From IMG/VR virus record IMGVR_UViG_3300025769_000422, positions 1 through 34,209 of that record: DNA of 34,209 bases; one strand, written 5' to 3'. This DNA is from a virus (taxonomy: Duplodnaviria > Caudoviricetes). How positions within the stretch are numbered: the first letter of the stretch is position 1; each line of letters starts with the position of its first letter. The translations under genes and the position numbers were made by a program. The notes below the pieces were generated by a model that was not told the DNA's origin, searched no databases, and saw only the letters and a program-made list of their open reading frames with translations. Below are positions 31,401-34,209 of the stretch, piece after piece.

Positions 31401-33706
31401 CTTCGATGCAGTCGAGAGTTGGGGAGCCATTCAAGAAGCAAGCAGAGCTGGACGAGACGCAGAGGAAGCTGGACGCTGTGACCGAATCGCTCAAGACTGC
31501 GCCGCAGTCAACGCAGAAAGCGGAGGAGCGTTTCAAAAACGACTACCGCCGCGCCGCTCACGCTGCCGTGGCGAAGTATCTCAGAGCCGGCCAGGTTCAG
31601 CGGTATGAGTGGATTACGATTGGATCGGACAAAGGGGCACCAGAAGGGGAAAAGGGCGGCACACCTGTATTTGTGGGCCGTGGGGGGCAGATTGAAAAGG
31701 GGCCCGACAATCTCGAGGGGCAGAACATCAGTCAGGTCGACCAGAACAAGGAGGAAGGCGAGCACACCGAGAAGCAGCGCCGTCAGGATCTGAAGACGAT
31801 CGGCGACGTTCGGAAGACATTCCCGCGCGGGACGATGGTTGAGAGCCTTGACGGCGGACTCAAAGGGCAGGTGACCGGGATCAGTTTCGGCACAGGGTCC
31901 GGAACGCTCACAGTCACTGACGAAGACGGCCAGAAGCACAAGGTTTCACCGTCAGAGATGATGCGACAGGACGAGCCGAATCCCCTGGACATGAAAGAGG
32001 CGGACCAGCTGCCGGCATCCACCCAGGAAGGACTGACGAAGACGCGGGACGATGCCATTGAAGCGGCCGATAAGGCCAGGCAGAAGCTCCACGACGTCTA
32101 CAACGATCCGAACAGCACGCCAGCAGCCAAGCGGAAAGCCAGCGCCGAGCTTGAGAAGGCGGAGCAGCTGGTAGGTCAGGCTCACGGGGCTCTCGACAAC
32201 TTCAAACATCGCGCGAAGGGTGTCACAGAGCCACCGTTTACGAATGCGAAAGGCGAAGTCATTCCAGACCCGCCGGACTGGTTCAAACGCGGACGCGCCA
32301 ACGCACGGTGGGCGCCGGACCGAACCAAGAAGCAGGCGTACCTGTTCGATAAGTGGGAAGACCCGACGCCAGAGAACGCGCCACCGCCGCCGATTGATCA
32401 GGTGCCAGGCGCAGAGAAGCCGATTGAGCGACTCCAGAAGGGCCAATTCAGCGAATACACTGGGCTGACGCTGATGGACATCGACGACATCAAAGCGGAC
32501 CCAGGGCGTTTTCAGTACAAGGTGTCCGGTATCGGCAGCGGGGGCGTATCGCAGAAGCTGAAGGACGCGGAAGTTTTTAACCCCATGCTGATGGGCTCGT
32601 TTCTGGTGTGGCACGATCCGGAGGATGGAGAGACGTACGTCGTGAACGGCCACCATCGTCACGAGCTTGCACAGAGAGCGGACCGAGCCGAAGGTTTCAA
32701 CGGTCTGGTCCCGGCGTACTACGTGGACGCTCCAGACGCCACAACGGCCCGTGCTATGGGAGCTCTCGCGAACATCGCCGACGAGAACGGAACAGCAACG
32801 GACGCTGCCAAGTTCATCCGCGACACTGGAAGCACACCGGAAGACATGCGGCAGCTGGGCGTGAGTCTCAAGGGCCGCATTGCACAGCCGGCACAGGCGC
32901 TCAGCCAGGTTTCGGACACGATGTTCCACCAGCTAACCAGCGGGTTGATGAAGGAATCACGAGCGCTGGCCATTGCGAACAACCTACAGGACCACGAAAA
33001 GCAGAACCAACTGGTAAGACGCATCGACAAGGCCGAGAATGAGGGCAAAACGCTGTCGGATGCTGTCGTAGCTGAGATGGCTCGCCAGTATGATGCAGCT
33101 GGCGAGAAGCGAAGCGACGGCGGAGGTGGCGGTCTGTTCGGTGACGACGATTTCAAAGAATCACTGATCGTCGAGCGGTCTGAGTTGATCAGTGGCGTCC
33201 GACAGGCTTTGAACGGCATGCGGACGGCGCTTGCTCGAGCAAGTACCAAGAAAGCCGCGGAGCGTCTCGAGTCTGTCGGTGGTAACATTGTCGACACGGA
33301 AGCCAACAAGGCCCGCAAGGCGGAACTGGACCGTCTGGTGGAGGATTTCAACAGCACGGTAAACTACCGCGGTACAGGACTGTCGGAGCTATTCAATGAC
33401 TACGCCCAGCGACTCGCAGACAACCCAAAAGCCGGAAACCAACTCCGAAAAGAGCTCATCGAACGAATCGCCGGAGGCGGTCAACTGGGAGGCGGTCAAT
33501 CAGGGGCTGTCCAACCTTCAGGGGCAGGGGCTGGTGGGCAGAACTCCGGACGGCAAGCGCAACGACCTATTAGTGTCGCAAGCCCTGCACAGCAGCAACA
33601 GTTCGCAAGGGACGTCAGCCGGCTGATGCGGTACGGCATGGGCTACACAGCGGCCGCAAATGTGGCCAGAGGCTACCAACTGAATCGCTTCGGGGAGCGG
33701 AATTGA
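25421..33706 (+). CDS. DarB-like polyvalent protein: N6-adenine DNA methyltransferase + SNF2/SF2 helicase + SH3/KOW-like + ParB-like domains
   Basis: MTase LEPSIGSG and NVPFG; helicase HEVGIGKT, DEAH, SGTPISN, GTGTNVQ and QRDGRGYRQGN; ParB-like 'DPGRFQYK...YVVNGHHR'. Confidence 0.9.
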   Translation: MNIQQINEAVERAVYEKVHGWSEDDHPRADDGKFTSGSGSVEGGQAEPKNPKFVDPGQFATFEEYTDFLSDKLGRSIFGVSGGNRAKLMDNWHKAQAEKRGDDYELPDWIADMSENHSAGDVSDWAKDMIANRGFDETEVRGALEESSDLKVDPTKHDDLYSLGHYIESLDDEDERPVQRELFGRYRSLEHATQSANPALRLMAAKQMRYSLVHSGGHWRDLDRLDGIIEEAVDHGRRMATLANSEAGQAVLDHYLDEAVAVMHQLEPEREMYRKVKSRPGQKSLFDEDTVERHPAGSPEGGRFAPKGSGKKGKKDAKSSSKKRVGKKTRKPRTRKLPDGVGEDERGSAQRLFDWGSDSGGERRGADDSAGDAASRGEGTGTGGDVPETGRKRRRNTLNVMSSTDWSYKDNSFVEGGKKAKFQHNIEAIKVLNQIEAEGRDRATVDEQEVLSKFNGWGQYPQVFDPYPRPEWKAEAEQLESLLGEAQFKQEARESRDNRKSAGRATLNSHFTDPAVVDAHWKAAQRLGFKGGRFLEPSIGSGHYVGLMPEELRKNTAVTGVELDTTTARVASMLYPSVNIQNQGFEKFSAPDGFYDLAASNVPFGDYRLSERRYNRLRPYIHDHFFLKTIDKVKPGGLVMHVTSTGTMDKKNDKIRKNMAKNADLVGAFRMPSGAHGQSAGTAVVTDMLIFRKRDEHGAAPEHNPKEVLDQLKPGFTGVLTDSLGRVYHFVDGKRVPADYWTEIGSVPDPEGGEDIPVNKYFQHNPDQILGQIGWTGTLYGGHEMGVQSTGDLTEMLDAAINRLPENIMSDRQPENLDAYEPEAQPGAEDERDGNLVVDGDEVFQKVGNIRVKVDLNAKQAAIIKDAADVRSGVRDLMRADLAGEDADEMRQKLSVSYDMFVDTHGPLHSPANLRAMAQDPDLPVMLALEDWDAKTKTATKAEIFEKPTVRPHVEPTTADNVIDAYGISLAQRGNIDPDYMAQLTGLRLEDVEDEMRKSGLAFEDPSDGWTERGSYLSGDVKDKLAIARAAAEADERYKVNVEALEAVQPKDIAYDDIGVRMGSPWIPPSDVEQWLSDTIGGRPDVFKIEYSPELGQWSVDMARGEANAWLPHDHKLEVGGFKWKRVVDAALNSKTLTVWGEDSKGNRYVDVDATDAAREKVAEVKEQFAEWVWEDSDRRERLARAYNDEYNNTVPANYDGSYLDFPGMTPAWNLREPQANFVAQVISRGKGFLAHEVGIGKTAAMVASAMELRRLRLANKPAIVVPKATLDQMELDARELYPGAKILSTSGKFGATERKEWISKMATGDWDMVIMSHEQMKYLPMERDTEARFLQQELDDLDSAMEFRRAQDGKGMRSDTRQVKAMEKARMKLEARIKDVTEGKRDDALTFEQSGIDQLFVDEAHAFKNLQVNTSLKGTKGIPTAASQRALDMYMKTQWMLDNHDNRGVVFASGTPISNTMAEVYNIQRYLQPDELEKRGLKHFDSWAKAFGDSETTTEPNLAGEYKDVTRFTKFQNVPELMQMLQQDLDVRTVDAFNEYKRGGDPDVADAIKRPKRIDSVYVQPANDTTQAVMDEIALRARNIPKRPGKGDDNMVSLTTLARQAAVDPRLYDPNAEDRPDSKVNTMVANVLATYHNPEKAGKTQLIFSDIGVNPSNSTGFHLYGDIIDKLVAGGIPREEIADYSKLTDLQKKTVSAELKSGKRRIGIGSSKKLGTGTNVQTHLAEMHNLDVPYVPTENTQRDGRGYRQGNLNDEVKIWRYVSEGSADEISWGIVGRKQGFINQTVTDKGSDLQREVTEEDAESFTPQQLQAAAAGDTRILDQVTYSRNLKKLERSKKRHTREQRELVAGVAKAREQAEVLKSEATRMADDHAAGEARAEQKLRIEGAATDAKAADQQKQMDALRDKADEIWASIPTYRRTIPRYAESARIRVGEVRGMPLYRFAGNFYLEGASGQHYTTGETTRSVDYVARNLGKRADDKRQQAKMHEESAASMQSRVGEPFKKQAELDETQRKLDAVTESLKTAPQSTQKAEERFKNDYRRAAHAAVAKYLRAGQVQRYEWITIGSDKGAPEGEKGGTPVFVGRGGQIEKGPDNLEGQNISQVDQNKEEGEHTEKQRRQDLKTIGDVRKTFPRGTMVESLDGGLKGQVTGISFGTGSGTLTVTDEDGQKHKVSPSEMMRQDEPNPLDMKEADQLPASTQEGLTKTRDDAIEAADKARQKLHDVYNDPNSTPAAKRKASAELEKAEQLVGQAHGALDNFKHRAKGVTEPPFTNAKGEVIPDPPDWFKRGRANARWAPDRTKKQAYLFDKWEDPTPENAPPPPIDQVPGAEKPIERLQKGQFSEYTGLTLMDIDDIKADPGRFQYKVSGIGSGGVSQKLKDAEVFNPMLMGSFLVWHDPEDGETYVVNGHHRHELAQRADRAEGFNGLVPAYYVDAPDATTARAMGALANIADENGTATDAAKFIRDTGSTPEDMRQLGVSLKGRIAQPAQALSQVSDTMFHQLTSGLMKESRALAIANNLQDHEKQNQLVRRIDKAENEGKTLSDAVVAEMARQYDAAGEKRSDGGGGGLFGDDDFKESLIVERSELISGVRQALNGMRTALARASTKKAAERLESVGGNIVDTEANKARKAELDRLVEDFNSTVNYRGTGLSELFNDYAQRLADNPKAGNQLRKELIERIAGGGQLGGGQSGAVQPSGAGAGGQNSGRQAQRPISVASPAQQQQFARDVSRLMRYGMGYTAAANVARGYQLNRFGERN
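26367..26615 (+). CDS. Candidate nested (overprinted) TnpV-like helical protein, 82 aa
   Basis: Purine-rich AGGGGAAG precedes ATG26367. The alternative frame reads WGRRLENHVRENFPTEWAKMS...FL..V..QAE...IRQGM..AEARAQARAEMF, while the main frame there is low-complexity. Confidence 0.55.
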   Translation: MRSRAAKSEWGRRLENHVRENFPTEWAKMSEDQRNDFLTGVVTQAENDVVLMIRQGMLPAEARAQARAEMFPRPEESDDETL

Positions 33707-33707
33707 C

Positions 33708-34209
33708 ATGGTATCCAAGCGGTTCAAGTACCTGCGACCACGGCCGAGTGTTGAAACTGGCGGTCCAAAGCCAGAATTCCAGACAGGGTGGCCGTGCCCA
33801 ACCAACATGGCTCCGTTTACTGTGACAATCACATGGTCGGAGCCTGTCAATGGTTTTGATTTGAGCGATCTTCAGCTCACCAACTGCACTGCTGCAAATT
33901 TCACTGAAGTGACGCCGAACTTGGTCTACACTGTAGATCTGACGCCAGCCGCAGAAGGCCAGTTTTGTTTTGCGATTCCGAAGGACTCGGTGACTGCGGT
34001 GGCAGACCCATTGCAGGGGAACGGTTACAAACAATTCTGTTGCGTGTACGACATCACCGATCCAACGGTGGTGGTCTCGGGTCCTGCTGCGGGCATCCAA
34101 TCTGTTCCTCACGACGTTACGATCACATTCGACGAAGCTGTGACCGGACTGGTCATCGGTGACCTCACAGTGACCGGTGCTTCCGCAGATGCTTTGACAG
34201 GCTCGGGGG
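33708..34209 (+). CDS. Ig-like (bacterial Big-type) repeat protein, 3'-truncated; missing from the ORF track
   Basis: ATG33708 follows GGAG and has no stop before the window end. It reads 'FTVTITWSEPVNGFDLSDLQLTN...YTVDLTP' and a second repeat 'VTITFDEAVTGLVIGDLTVTG'. Confidence 0.85.
   Translation, partial: MVSKRFKYLRPRPSVETGGPKPEFQTGWPCPTNMAPFTVTITWSEPVNGFDLSDLQLTNCTAANFTEVTPNLVYTVDLTPAAEGQFCFAIPKDSVTAVADPLQGNGYKQFCCVYDITDPTVVVSGPAAGIQSVPHDVTITFDEAVTGLVIGDLTVTGASADALTGSG

Larger units (their letters stand above)
1..34209 (+). mobile_element. Tailed phage / prophage genome segment (structural end - early/replication - packaging - head module)
   Basis: Co-oriented, tightly coupled genes (many ATGA/TGATG overlaps) include YqaJ, initiator, DnaB, HNH, RuvC-like, TerS, TerL and portal. 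No host housekeeping genes are present. Confidence 0.95.

Noticed and set aside
26495-33357. Long minus-strand ORFs (e.g. 28379..29872, 31952..32929, 26495..27343)
   Set aside because: They are antisense shadows of a GC-rich, codon-biased gene, with no recognisable motifs.
18287-33706. Inteins as the explanation for the giant ORFs
   Set aside because: No C/S...HN-[CST] splice junctions or LAGLIDADG motifs were noticed. The size is explained by stacked enzyme domains.

Overview
The window is a fragment of a tailed dsDNA phage or prophage, with every credible gene on the + strand. A Planctomycetota-like host is a weak inference. From left to right: (1) the end of a Cys-rich structural/tail module (1-2610); (2) an AlpA/Xis-like regulator with a structured intergenic region and terminator; (3) small Zn-finger early genes, CsrA, YqaJ exonuclease with a putative annealing partner, a replication initiator with internal palindromic iterons, and DnaB; (4) a nin-like run of small ORFs including HNH and RuvC-like nucleases; (5) TerS, TerL and a KTSC-domain protein; (6) a 15.4-kb cargo block of three ORFs; (7) a truncated Ig-domain gene. 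The cargo block holds a 2025-aa portal protein fused to a SAM methyltransferase, a PAPS-reductase-like enzyme, an ADP-ribosyltransferase-like domain and a zincin peptidase; a TGT/DpdA-like protein; and a 2761-aa DarB-like methyltransferase-SNF2 helicase-ParB protein. Its domains are separated by recurring linker peptides: Tyr-centred sites, six HPR/HPA...G[QKR]F tags, two W-x-T-I...I-x-KGP tags and clamp-binding-like QxxLF motifs. This suggests virion-packaged, proteolytically released, shuffle-able effectors. A TnpV-like gene appears to be overprinted inside the giant ORF. No tRNA, rRNA, CRISPR array or integrase was seen. All family calls are from motif recognition by eye, not database searches.
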